Assembly (NCBI GenBank): GCA_050084515.1
Contig: CM114271.1
Location: 41,540,001 to 41,604,000, forward strand
Direction: 5' to 3'
Length of the DNA stretch: 64,000 nucleotides
DNA from: Blasia pusilla
Lineage: Eukaryota
Shown here piece after piece: positions 39,871 to 52,199 of this stretch; within the stretch, counting starts at the first letter, position 1; every line of letters starts with the position of its first letter. A model generated the notes under the pieces. It saw only the letters and a program-made list of their open reading frames with translations, was not told the DNA's origin and did no database searches. The position numbers and the translations under genes are program-made.

Positions 39871-40694
39871 AGCTGGGGGCTAGTATTCTCGCAGGAGAGA
39901 GGAAGAGAGGAGAGAAAGAGAGGAAGAGAGGAGAGTCTCTCTTAAAAAAAAGGGCAGAATCCGCCTCCTCTCTTCAAAACTTTTTGACATTATTGAAATT
40001 TTTGTTTGCTTTCAAATTCATGAAATCTTTAGAAGAGAGTAGCAAGTGGAGCACATTCGGGCCTAAAGTAACCTTCTTTTTCCATGCTTGGAAAAAGAAG
40101 TAGACATCATAAGACCACTACAAACATCCTTCCATCACTCTCCATGTGAGCCCAAATTTCTTCACATTGCCTATCAAAACCAACTCTATAGGAAACCGAG
40201 CAGAGGGGTATTATTGTTGGAGGACCATCGGTAGATAATTTGACCAAAAGTAGCAATTTCATCTCAATGAAAGGTTAAAATAAAGACTCTAACTATGCTC
40301 TCAATAGACTCATGTGCCCTTCAAGGTTTAACTTCTGTGAAGATGTGGTTGACATTATGGATTGTTGACTCTTCTTGCAAGGCATTAAATATCCCATCCG
40401 ATCAATACTCATCCATGAGGGGGTTTTCCACAACAGAACAAATCATTCATCAATGATGGTAGTCGAAGACTTTCATGACATCATTGGATGATGTTGGCTC
40501 ATGAATGGGTGCATAAAGTATACCATGGACTGCTGTGCGTTTGACAAATTGGTTTCATCATTTTCTTAGCCATTGAGAAATGTATGCATCAAGAAGAAAA
40601 TGTGATCAAACTGAGACGACAATTGAACCAAAAGTTTGATAGCTGTCAGGAGCAAAGAGGAACTGATGCACCCATGTCCCTTCATTCACACCCT

Positions 40695-43600
40695 AAATGT
40701 CGGAATCTGACAGTTTGCATCCCTTCCAACCCATCAGAATCCGACACGTTGCAACTCTTGCAACCCATTGGAATCCGATGGGTTGCATCCCTTGCAAGCA
40801 AGCACACCACAACAAAAGAATGATCTTGACAAGTGATTCCATTCCGCCCAACACCCCATAAGAATCCGACAGGTTTGGAATCCGACATGAGAATCCGATA
40901 GGTAGTAGGAATCCAACACGTTTATGAAATACCGTGTTAGAGAATAACGAGGCAACGAGGCAAAAGTGAAGAAGCCTACCAAAATGCCTGAAAAGTTGGA
41001 CTAACAGGAAAAAAGTGGGATCACTCAAGCTTGCAACTAGTTGGATTCCGACGGCTTACAACTTATCGCAATATTTTAAACCCCTTTTAAGCAACCTGTC
41101 GGATTCCGACAGGTTGGCTGCTTGAGTGATCCCACTCTTTTTGTAAAATTTTGCTGAATTGTTTTTTTGTTCTTGTCGATTGTGTTGGTCTATCTACTTG
41201 AGGCTGTTTATTTTGCAACCCGTCGGATTCCGACATGTTGGCTGCTTGAGTGATCCCACTCTTTTCCTGTTAGTCCAACTTTTCAAGCATTCTGGTAGGC
41301 TTCTTCACTTTTGCCTCTGAGATACCGTATTAGAGAATAACGAGATAATGGGGGAACGAGGTAAAAGTGAAGAAGCCTGCCAGAATGCCTGAAAAGTTGG
41401 ACTAACAAGAAAAGAGTGGGATCACTCAGCAGCCAACCTGTTGGAATCCGACGAGTTGCAAAATAAACAACCTCGAGTAGATAGACCAACACAATCGACA
41501 CGAACGAAAAACAATTCAGCAAAAGTTTACAGAAAGAGTGAGATCACTCAAGCAGCCAACTTGTCGGAATCCGACAGGTTGCCTGAAAGGGGTTTAAAAT
41601 ATTGCGATAAGTTGCAAGCGTCGGAATCCGACTAGTTGCAAAATAAACAACCTCGAGTAGATAGACCAACACAATCAACAAAAAAAAAAACAATTCAACA
41701 AAAGTTTACAAAAACCATTATGGTTCAAAAACTTCTTATCCTTTATTACATCTGAGGAAAGCTCGGAAATGTACATTTGATCTAGTCTATGATTTCTTCA
41801 GCCTCGTCATCTACAAATTTACTCATAACTCTCCTAGGTTCTTGTACAAAAGTAATGTCTTGGGATACAAGTGGCTTCTCTGGCCAATTGTAGATGGGGA
41901 TCATAAATGTTGGGGAATTCGAGAGCCTTGCCCCCCTTAGGTACACCATAACGGTCCCATGTAACATGATTTGAGTCCCAACGCCTTCCTCGAAGTAAAT
42001 CTTGTATGCTATGCAAGGTGACACCTATGTGCTCTGTCCTTGGAAAGCACTAAATCCCTACTCCAAAATGCTTCAGTCAAGCTGGGTCCAATAAATCTTT
42101 GAACTCACTTGTCATCGTTCGATAGCTCTTCCAGAATTACTGTCGGCTTTGCCCTCCCGATTTTTGGAATAGTAGGAAGTGACGATGATGTCACTATCAA
42201 TGGTGGTTCTAGAACTGGAGCTGTTGGCTTTGGAGGAGAGTTGTAGACTCCCACTAGCCTCTCGTAATCCGCCTTTCCCTCTTTGCAAAGGTCAAAAAGT
42301 TCTGGCCTTCCCTCAAGGCATAGAATGTTCCTACCACTATACCATGCGCCTCTAATACTCGCCCCTAATAGGCCCACTAAATCAAAGACCAAGTCACCCG
42401 GCCTTGAGCAGAGCTCGATGAGCGTTTGCATCAAAGCAGGTGACTTGTCCCATCCTGCATGTAAATTCCCAAGGGGCAATTGTAGAGACTATCTAAGCTG
42501 TACCCATCAGAGCATGGACCGGTTGCACGGAATATAGGCTGGAGGGAGTTCACGTGCAACTTGTCGGACTTCAACGGGTTGCAAGGGACCCAGGCTAGAT
42601 GGACACCTTGCAATCCGTCGGGGTCCGACATGTTGCAGGAACTGTGCGGGATCTCTCCCAGCAACCTGTCGGACTCCGACGGGTTGCAGCAGACCACGCA
42701 GAACTTGCACCATAACGGTCCACCGTCGTAAAACCGGTTACCCATCGGACAACAATGGTTGAGTCCAACGGCTCTGAAAGTATATAAGGACCAGTTTTGA
42801 GGCTTTTCACTTTCCCATTCTACACTTTTCTACGCTACTTTCAGCTCCCCCGTTCGCACGACTACGAAAAGTGATTTCAAGTTACTCGGAAATTTTTACG
42901 GTTGGTTGTTGTCTCTTCATTTGGGGGTTACAATAGTTGGTGACGACGGTTTGAGTTGAATCAATTCTTTTCAGAGGAAACGACGATTTAAGTGAAATCC
43001 CCTTACGCAGCGTTCAATTCTCCACTTATTTCAGGATGACTCGAAAAAAATCCAAGCCAGCAAGGTCGAGAGCTTCTTGCCTGAGTCCGACATAACTCCC
43101 ATCTTCTGTTACGAACAAATGCCTTCAGATGTACAACGAGAGGAAATCGAGCAGCGCGAGCGTGAAACCATAATGAGGAAGTATAAAATATTGCCGAAAC
43201 TTGCATTAGAGAAGCTCGTGAAGCAAGAGGAGGAGCGAGAAACAAAATTGCTCGCAGATGCGGAGAAGGCCAAGAAGAAATGCATGGAGGCGGAGATAAA
43301 GCTGAAGAAGAGGTAGGACACCGCCTTCCGGAAAGCCGAACTTGCAAAAGCCATGCAGGAAAAGGCGGTCGCTGTAGAAGAAGAGCCCTCCCAGTGACCC
43401 ACCGAGAGTGTGGAAATGGAGAATGTATCATCCATGAGGTTGAGTGGTCCAATGCAGGAGACCAACAGTGACGAGCTTCCAGAGATCAACGAGGAAGTTG
43501 TTAAGACCCCAAGTGTCGAGATCATGAAGATCTCGAAAGGAGAAGGAGAGGAGTCTTCGACATCTCAGAAGCTTGTTGAAGAATTTGAGCTTTTCAAAAT

Positions 43601-46600
43601 TGAAGAGTTTCTAGTAGACTTGTCAGATGAGGCTCCAAAGTAGCCTGATGGACTTGACATAGACCCAATTTTTGAGCAGGTAAGCATTGTTCTTCAGTTC
43701 TCTCCGCACTGCATTAGTGCCCGTCGTTAGGAAAATGTGAATTGACTGTGTGACATTTGAGCAGGTGGTGAAGCAGCTGGCTCTGATGGATGGCCCAAAT
43801 GCCCCGAGGATTCCTCTATGCTCACTCCAAATGATGGAATATGTAAGAGAAATCCAATCAGAGGGAGACATTGACAAGTTGAAGCAATCCATGGCGATAG
43901 CTTCATACGTTGATAGCTTCCCACCACTTTATGTTCAACCGTATGATGAGCATGGAACCCAGGCTTTGCTAACGGAGGAAGACCTAGAGAGTCTCGATGC
44001 TTTTTGGAGGTTGAGGGATATGGAGTTCTGGAAGGCAATGGCAGGAACCCAATACAAGTGGATGCTGAACTTGTACTTTTTCATCTGGGATGGAAACCAC
44101 CAATTCAAGGCTTGGTTGCACCTTGCAGTGGAGTGTCCAAACTCCCTTGAGGCTCACTTCTGTGTAAGGGCAGTGGTCCTTCATCCCTACCCGAATCACA
44201 TGGCCACAATGAAAATGGCCATGCACTCCATGAACACGTAAGTATCCTTGAACTTTTCTTCCGGAAAATGAACCGGTTTCAATAGCTAACATCGTTAACA
44301 ATAGCTACAACCCGTCGGAAGGCAATAGGTTGTGAGAGGAAGAACTTGTTGCTCGTCTTTGCAATTCGTGGAACTCTCTTGGCTCTCTATTTTATTGCCT
44401 GGAAACACATCAGAGACCAACGGGTTGCATAATCTTAATTGGGGCAATCCCAGTAGAATAGGAATTGCAACCCGTCGGAGTCTGACGGGTTGCTGAGTCA
44501 GGAGAGAGTGTGGTTTGAGTGGGCTTTCATGCAACCTGTCAGACTCCGACGGATTGCATGATCTTTACAAAATGAGTCTTGCTTTGGTTGTCTGTACAAC
44601 ACGTTGGTCTCTGACGGATTGCAAAGCGATGTAAACCCAGACCTTCCGTATAGAACATTCAACCCGTTGGACTCCGACGTGTTGGAAAACACTCAAACAA
44701 GCCGCTTTTCAACTCCACATACAACCCGTTGGACTCTGACGGGTTGCAAAATCCTCAAATCAGGGTCTTTCAACTGCACATGCAACCCGTCTGAGTCCAA
44801 CGGGTTGCAGAGCCAATCAAACTCGCATGTTGGCATTTTAAAATTAGCAACCTGTCGGAGTTTGACGGGTTGCAAGTGAAAAAACTAGCGTCAGAATCCT
44901 AAACTTTGGATGGCTTTCGAACGCGTTGGTTTCCGACGGGTTAAATTTTTGAATTTACTGGACTCGAGGTGCAACTCGACGGAGTCCAACGGGTTGCAAC
45001 CCAGCCCTGATGGACCCGGATGCAAACCATCAATTTCTGTCGGATTGCACATAAGAGGATTTTGGAGCAACCCGTCCGATTCCGACGGGTTGCAAATAGC
45101 TGTTTTTTTGTTTGTCTGCTTCCAACCCGTCTGAAACCGATGAGTTGTAGTTGTAAATTTTCTTACTCTTCGTTGATGTTTGCAGCATTGTGTCCGAAGG
45201 GAATGTTACCCATCGCTTGATCCAAGAATGAGACCGAGTGAGGAAGGTGCTTACAACGCACCCGTCGCAATACAAGGGATTCCTAGGAGAGGAGTTGGTG
45301 GATGAGATGCTCGCAAAAGGAGCCCAAATCAAAAAGAAGACTTGGGCCAACACATTCATTTCCCAAGATGCAGATGTTACAATACTTTTCTGGTCAAAAA
45401 TCTAGGCGGCGGAAAGAAGCGCAACATTGGAGCTCGAGCGGAGAGGGAATGTATCGGCTTCTGAGAGAGCCAGGTTCATTCAAGCTACGGTGTCTACGTC
45501 CACCTATTACCTTGCGAGCAAGATGCAGCGGTACATCGCCATCCTGAACCTCGAGCTCGGGCCAGACTTCTACAAAGAGTTGAAGGCCATTATCTAGAGG
45601 CATCAAAAGAGGCATGAAAATCCCTAGGCACATAATGTAGAGAAGGTGTCATTGGATCGAGTTCACCGGTTTGCCCTTTCAGGGATTTCCAAGGTGGATC
45701 CAAGTGATGAAGATCAGTCTAGAGGGAGGTAGAGAAAAAATTGGCACACCATCCCTCAGGGGTTTCGGACCCAGTCATTTCCCAGTGGATGTGAGAGTGG
45801 TCCTTCTGGGATGCCTTGCGCTTGCTGGGAAAGTCCATGGTTGAATGCATTGAAGCCAACCTGTAGAGAATTCAGCCGGTTCCCGAGGAGGCTAGCCTGG
45901 AATCGGCAAAGGAGTTCGAGTTATGGTTAAATGGCATCCGAGATAAGCTGGCAAAGAACCCCGGGTTCAAGACGATGTTCAAGAACCAGATTTTGCCACG
46001 GGGGGATGTCGACGAGGAGATTGGCGACCCAAAGAAATGGGACTTCGCCAAAAAGAAGAAGGAGCTTCAAGATCAAGCTGCCAATTCATCCCGCCATCGA
46101 GATGCGCAAAGGATGGTGTTCAGGTTCTTGACCTCCTCTGTGAACATAGGAACATAGAGGAAGTTTCCGGCAGCGCTCAAGCTATGGGAAAATACTCTAG
46201 ATGGCGAAGGATTCTCCCTATACGACGTGGAAATGGCCCTCGAGATGAGCCCTGGGGAAATGCTCAACTGTCCAATCTGGTTGGACTTCAACAATCCCGA
46301 CGAGCTCACTGACCCAGCAATGCGAGACTTGTATCATACGCTAGCTGCTAGCGAGGAAGACATCCCAAATATCTTCAAGACCGAGGAGTACTTCGAAGGA
46401 GATGCCAAGGCACAAGCAACTAAGGCGGCGGAGATTTTGTCAGAGACAGTAACGAAAAAAGACAAGTCGACTACGGGGTTGAAACCCAAGGTAAAGGCCC
46501 CCAAACCGTCCAAAGTAGGATCATCAAGATGAGAAGGACGGATATGGGAGGCCCCAAAATTGAATCCAATGGATTCCAATGTCATAGAGACCCCAACAAG

Positions 46601-47600
46601 CAGACATCCTACACGAGAAAAGCGAAAGAGGGAGACACCCGGTTCCTCCGAGGGGGGAGGGACAAGAATGTTTTCTATACTTCCTCATCGTTGGGGAAGC
46701 ATAGGGATTTAGCAGCAAAAATCACCATTTTGTTGCAATAGACATCGCTGCTGGAAGAATTGGAGAAGTTCTCAGCACACGAGTCCACGCCTGCCTTGGA
46801 GAAGTTGACACTATTGGGACGTGAGCTTCTGCAAAGCGGCCATGCCCCATCGACCATCAATGGGGTCCATGAGGAGGTTGTAGTTGACCTCCTCATCGCT
46901 GATCTACCGTCGGGGCTCAGATTGTGGGCAAAAATTTCACACGACACAGTTTTGGATTTGAACACTCCATTCACATATGACCAGATCGGGAAGATGTTCT
47001 CCTTTGCCAACGCGTATCTTAGTGACACCTGATGTTTCCTAGTTTTCATCGGAGGAAGCAAGGATGGGCTCTGCAACTTGCAATGCATGAAGCAATCATT
47101 GAAGTGGAAAACCGTGCAATCTTGGGTAGTGAAGAATGACTACCCACTAAAATCGGCTTCAAACCAAACCTTGGTTAGTTCGATAACTTAAACCCGCAAT
47201 TGATTTTGTTCTTTCCTGCAACCCGTCGGACTCCGACGGGTTGCAAAACCCAGCCTAGAAAGGGAGTGTGTCCTGCAACCCGTTGGACTCCGACAGGTTG
47301 CAAAACACACGCCAGAGTGTGAGTGGGTCCTGCAACCGGTCGGACTCCGACGGGTTGCAAAACCCAACCCCGAAAGGTTGTGTTTCCTGCAACTCGTTGG
47401 ACTCCGACGGATTGCAGCACCCACCCTAATAGGCCTTACCATAACCCCTGCAACCGGTTAGTCTCTGACGGGTTGTATATGGGCAACACTTTGGGTATCC
47501 ACGGATGCTGGGCAAAGCGTCTTAATGCTCAAAGACCCCTAAAAGAAAATTGCCTCGGTGACATCTTTCAATTGCAACCTGTCGGATTCTGTCGGGTTGC
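40695..47600. repeat. Clusters of a 29-bp palindromic repeat TGCAACCCGTCGGA(N)TCCGACGGGTTGCA
   Basis: Roughly 30-40 degenerate copies by eye, in clusters at ~40695-41640, ~42500-42775, ~44305-45150 and ~47217-47600; perfect copy at 47217-47245. Confidence 0.92.
41782..42479 (-). pseudogene. Inverted paralogous 3' fragment of the amino-methyltransferase-like gene
   Basis: DKSPALMQTLIELCSRPGDLVFDLVGLLGASIRGAWYSGRNILCLE, then a GTGAGT donor at ~42108 and a probable further exon at ~42027-41782. Confidence 0.75.
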
Positions 47601-48169
47601 TCTTGGAAGACCTCTTCCTCCCATCGATTCTAAGCTTATTTTTAGTGGTGTTGTTTGCAGATCAATACTCCTACGTATATTGTTTTGTTAAATCGGAGCA
47701 CAGGCTCGAGGTTTTCGAGGTAAAGGATCATGTTGATCCAGGTTCAGATGGATACACTTTGAACAACCTGTCGAATTCACCCACTGGAATCATTGTCGAG
47801 AAAGGGGTGGCTATGCTTGGAGGGAGGGAAAAATCACCCGCTCACCTTCAGACATTGATGGAGTTGTGTTCGAGGCTAGATGATTTGGTGCTAGATTTGG
47901 TTGGTCTTTCTGGGGCAAATGTTAGAGTTGCTTGGCAGAGTGGGCGAAACATTCTCTGCCTTGAGGCAAGGAACACCTTGTTTGCACTTTTCCGGGAGGC
48001 AAAGTCATACTATGAGAGGATGATTGGCGTTTACAAGTCGCTTGCACGAGTAACGGAACTTGCATTTGAGCCACTGGTTATGCCACCATCCTCAATACCA
48101 ATTATCCCAAAAATGGGAAGGACAAGGCCAACGGTGATTCTCAAGGAGCTGTTGGATGATCATGAGTGA
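43036..48169 (+). pseudogene. Coiled-coil + ParB/Srx-like + beta-class N6A/N4C DNA methyltransferase-like gene with spliceosomal introns
   Basis: Exon ~43036-44237 with FFIWDGNHQFKAW (ParB-like DGxxR); intron ~44238-45185; exon ~45186-47173 with VDLLIADLPSG (DPPY-like motif IV) and LSDT*CFLVF; intron ~47174-47660; exon 47661-~48165 with EKSPAHLQTLMELCSRLDDLVLDLVGLSG..GRNILCLE (motif X-I). Many stop codons. Confidence 0.7.
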
Positions 48170-48395
48170 GTGTTGGTGCCTTGGATTTGAAGTGTTTTGG
48201 ACTTGAGATGATGTTGTCATGAAAGAGTTTGGCTACCATCAGTGATGAGTGTTTTGTTTTGTTGTGGAAAATCCCATCTCATGGATGAGTATTGATCAGA
48301 TGGCATATTTAATGCCTTTTGCATGAAGAGTCAAAAGTCCATAATGTCAACCAAATATTCTGAGAAGTTAAACCTTGAAGGGCACAAGAGTCTAT

Positions 48396-50110
48396 TGTGA
48401 TACCCACAATTTTGTAATTTTGAGATTTATACCTTTTGATTCAAGGAATGAAGACTCTATGAAGTAAAGGTTGTATATACAAGACTGATTTAGATATTAT
48501 GTTTGTGTATTGGAAGAATGAGTAATATTGAAATGGATCACGAAGCTCCTAGGACAAGGCAGAGAGGTAGAACATCAAGGATTTGCCTTAGAGGAGAGGG
48601 AAAAGCAGTAACAAAGTCTAAGGACTGAGAGCAAATCTTGGAAAAGACAACGAAGCCTTATTAAGAACCTGTTTACAAAGTGCTTCGCTCTTGAACGAAG
48701 CACGATGAAGAAGAAGAGGAAGAAGTACTTCGCTCATCAAGAAAGCACAAAGAACGAAGCACTTGGAACAAGAGCGAAAAACTCAACGCTTCGTCTTCAG
48801 ACCAAGAGGAAGAACTTCGTCCTCAAGGGAAGAAGAAGAAGTTCAGACTTCCCAACGAAGCTAAGACCCGACGTGATTTCAAGTGGCACACCGTTAGAAC
48901 AGTTAGGCTAGGAGGAGGTGTGACTTTTTGGACCAGATAGGAAGTTAGGACAGTTATGCCCAACGGATTCATAGAGATCATAGGAAAAGATAAGAGAACC
49001 GTAGATCAAGGTCGTTACAAACTCTCAATAGACACTAGATTCCTAAGAGACGCTTTAGATCTTTGGACCTACTACTACCTCGCAAGATATTTAAGGAGCA
49101 TGAAAGTAGCTATCATCATCATTCTTTCACAAAGTCTTTATGCTGTAGGAATGGTGTGAGCAAGGGAGTAGTACCCTCTCAAGCTTGTATACACTTTGAA
49201 GCTTTCTCATTCTTGATGGAGTAGTAAAGAACTCATTTCTTCATTTTGATGTGCGATGCATATGTCTGAAAATTCTTTTTGGGTTTGTAGAGTGAAGAGT
49301 GGATCAAGAGAACACTTTCATCATTAGAATAATCAACTTTGAGTTGTAAGAAATCTTTTCAATAGAGAGTAGCCTGCCTAGACGGATTGAGTTCTGAAAG
49401 TAGGAGAAGCCAGCTTCTTGTTGAGGTCTTTGTGAGGTTCTTTGATGTTGAGTAAAGATCTACCTAAGCATGAATGCAATTCCACTTGAGAGAATCGAGG
49501 AAAAAAATCTTGGTACTAATAGAGAGAAGAATACCATGATAAGTGATTGAATCCGAATTATACACACTTAACTACAACTATTGCAAGATAAATACCATCT
49601 TCAACTCTCTTTTCACATAATCATGATCCTCTTGGGGATCAAACTCATTAAATTACTGTAAAAAGACCAATTTGTATACTTCTTGTACATTACATATAGT
49701 TACAAAATTTTGGCGCCGCTGCCGGGGATCATAAGATTTGCTGAAAAGGGAGAGGCTGATGGGTAACCCCGGGCCAAGGGAAGAAGCCTCATCGTCTAGG
49801 AGACCCAACCATCTAGTTCTCACCGAAGATCATCTCCTATCTCTAGCTATCCCCCTAAGACAATGGGATGGAAGAAGATAGTAATATTTTTGTTGCATTA
49901 GTACTAGAGAAGATAAAACAATTAATTAGTATTGTCAAAGAATCCGTTGCCGAACGATGCTTTGCCCATGAACGTTATTTATACTTGGTGATGACCCGAT
50001 ACTTCTGTTTATGGGAGGAAAACCTGGCAGTTAGATTGAGGGCACATTCACACTCCCATAGGAATTAGGAAGACCCAACTTTCTCTCCATGGATCGATAC
50101 CCTGTAGCAG
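48396..50110 (+). mobile_element. Athila-like LTR retrotransposon fragment (5' LTR ~48396-49704, PBS, truncated start of internal region)
   Basis: TG start interrupts the inverted-repeat homology; ...TTACA is followed by TGGCGCCGCTGCCGGGGA at 49711-49728 (Athila-type tRNA-Asp PBS). Confidence 0.75.
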
Positions 50111-50239
50111 TCTTGGGTTCGAAAATGTCAAAAAGTTGTGAAGAGAGGTTGTGGATTCCACCCTCTTTTTTTTTTATAAGAGAGACTCTCCTCTCTTCCT
50201 CTCCTCTCTTACTTTCTCCTGCCAGAATACAAGCCCCCA

Positions 50240-50877
50240 AGCTTGTGCTCGTCATATTTTTGAATGAAGCGTATGCGTTTCCACCTCAAGAATTCGGCTC
50301 GATTCTTTGCAATCCTGCAGAGCGGATCACGCACCCTACATTCTACTGCTCTTGCCTTCTGAGTGCTATTAAGTACTACTCTCCGCCCCTGTCCAATATC
50401 TGAAGGCTTTCTCCTGGCCTTGCACTTTGGAACAACCAAATCGATTGGGCATTTGTGCACTGTCTTCAAATGAAGATTGAATCTTTTCTTGCTGGCAAGT
50501 GGAGATGTGTACTGATTGTATTGCAAGCATTCCCATTTTTTGAGTGCAACAATACACGCATAGTAAACATTCAAGCCTCGCCACTCAAATGCGTTCCCAG
50601 ACGTGCAATATTTATGTACCTTGGTCGGGGCATGTGCACTTGCATCTTGGGAAGGTCTTTTTGAGGCCGGTGTACTCTTTGGAGAGAAATGTTCACGAGC
50701 CAAGTCTTTCCGTAACTCCGGTGCAGATGAATGGAATTTTTTTGGTTGTAACGTTATGGATTGTTGTCTCTGGGCTGCTTGCCTAGTGACCACAGTGAGC
50801 TCGATGAGTACAACTGGATGGCTGGTTTTTGAGGAAATGCTTAATCGTTTCTTCTTACCAGCTCTATTTCTGCGCAT
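50240..50877 (-). pseudogene. Basic ORF with a degenerate C2H2-like zinc finger, truncated by the adjacent element
   Basis: YACIVALKKWEC..LASKKRFNLHLKTVHKC; the ORF runs into the element terminus at 50238. Confidence 0.35.
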
Positions 50878-52199
50878 CTCTGCCCTCCTTCTCCTGAGGA
50901 CCTCCCATTGGGAATCATGAATCTAGTCAGAATCGTCACTTGAGGAATAATCCCAATCTCCATCGCCACCTTTGGACGCCCCCTCGCCAACAATCTTTGA
51001 AATTGTCATTGGACCACTTTTGATCCTATGTACCCGACCCTCTTCCACAATTCCCCAATTCACATCTATCTTCGGCATCCAACTGGAGCTCTAGTCTAGG
51101 CCTAAGAGCAATCAATTGAAGGCTACTACTCGTGAATTGTGAGGCGCAATGGTAATAACAACAAAATTGGATTAGGAACCTACGAACTACTAGTGGAGCA
51201 CCAGTCTTGAAAAAAATTCCTCCACCTAGCGTCGCCAACTCAAATTGTCGTATGCCTGCATGGGTCCCAAAATCCTCTCACCTCTATCTTCCCCACCCAA
51301 CTCAAATTGCCTTATGCCTTTCGGGAGTCCCTGATTTCTTAAATATCTATGTTCCCCACCCATCTCAGATTGCCTAATTCATGTCCCCCGTCCAAATCCC
51401 TCTCACGTATACGTTCCTTGCCCAACTTAGATTTCCTTGTGCCTGTGGGGAATCCCAAATTCCTCTCACGTCACTCTTTGGTGCCCAGCTAAATGTCATT
51501 ATACCCGAACTACAATCGATTCAAGGCTGATACCAGTGTTGCGTAATCCCCCAATGCAATTCCAAGGCAAGGCGCAATGGTGACAACAAACATCGTCAGC
51601 TGGGAACTGAGGAACTACAAGTGGAGTAGCATTCTAAAACGTCTAAAACAATTCTCCTCCACCCACCCAACTAGGAGTCCCAAATTTTCTGCAAGTCCCT
51701 GTAGAATGGCTGGCAGCGTTATATCGTTCAAGGTAGATTCGTTAATTCAAGGTTAAGTTCGTTTCTTATGGCGTTATATGGAGGATTTGGAATAATGGCT
51801 TCGAGCCGCTTTTTCCTTTCATTGGATTCAACGGTTGGGGTGGCGGCCATACATGTAGTGTGTATGATGCACATATTTTTCCCATCTTGCAAAATACGAA
51901 GAAGCCAAAGAACGTGGTGGTGTTTAGAAGCACAAAGAAGTACTAAGGCGTACTAAGGCTAAGGGGTACGCCTTTGTACTTTGGCTATGAGTACTAAAGC
52001 GAGTACAAAGGCCAGGGTACAAAGCCAAGGACCTGAAACGTGGCAAACTCAAGGAGGGTTGTTCTCCCTTTTCGCGATCCACAGTGACACACACAAACAA
52101 GCTGGTTGGAGACTTTGGAGGCCTGTGCGATGTCAAATTCTAGTATTCTCACACTACAGTTGGTCCAAAGTCATCACGTTGGAAGAGGTCTCTTGACTA

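Larger units (their letters stand above)
39875..50238. mobile_element. Composite of two inverted copies (or one long-TIR copy) of an unclassified element carrying a ParB-like/amino-methyltransferase gene and palindrome arrays
   Basis: Inverted terminal segments 39875-~39992 and ~50124-50238 (GGGGGCTWGTATTCT.GCAGGAGA.. plus GAGAG-rich tract); second inverted pair ~40300-40483 and ~48210-48397; inverted MTase C-terminal exons at 42105-42479 (-) and 47661-48169 (+). Confidence 0.7.

Noticed and set aside
47217-47480. True CRISPR array
   Set aside because: Eukaryotic intronic context, no cas genes, degenerate repeats, and spacers that share ends (AAAC...TCC); reported as a palindrome array instead.
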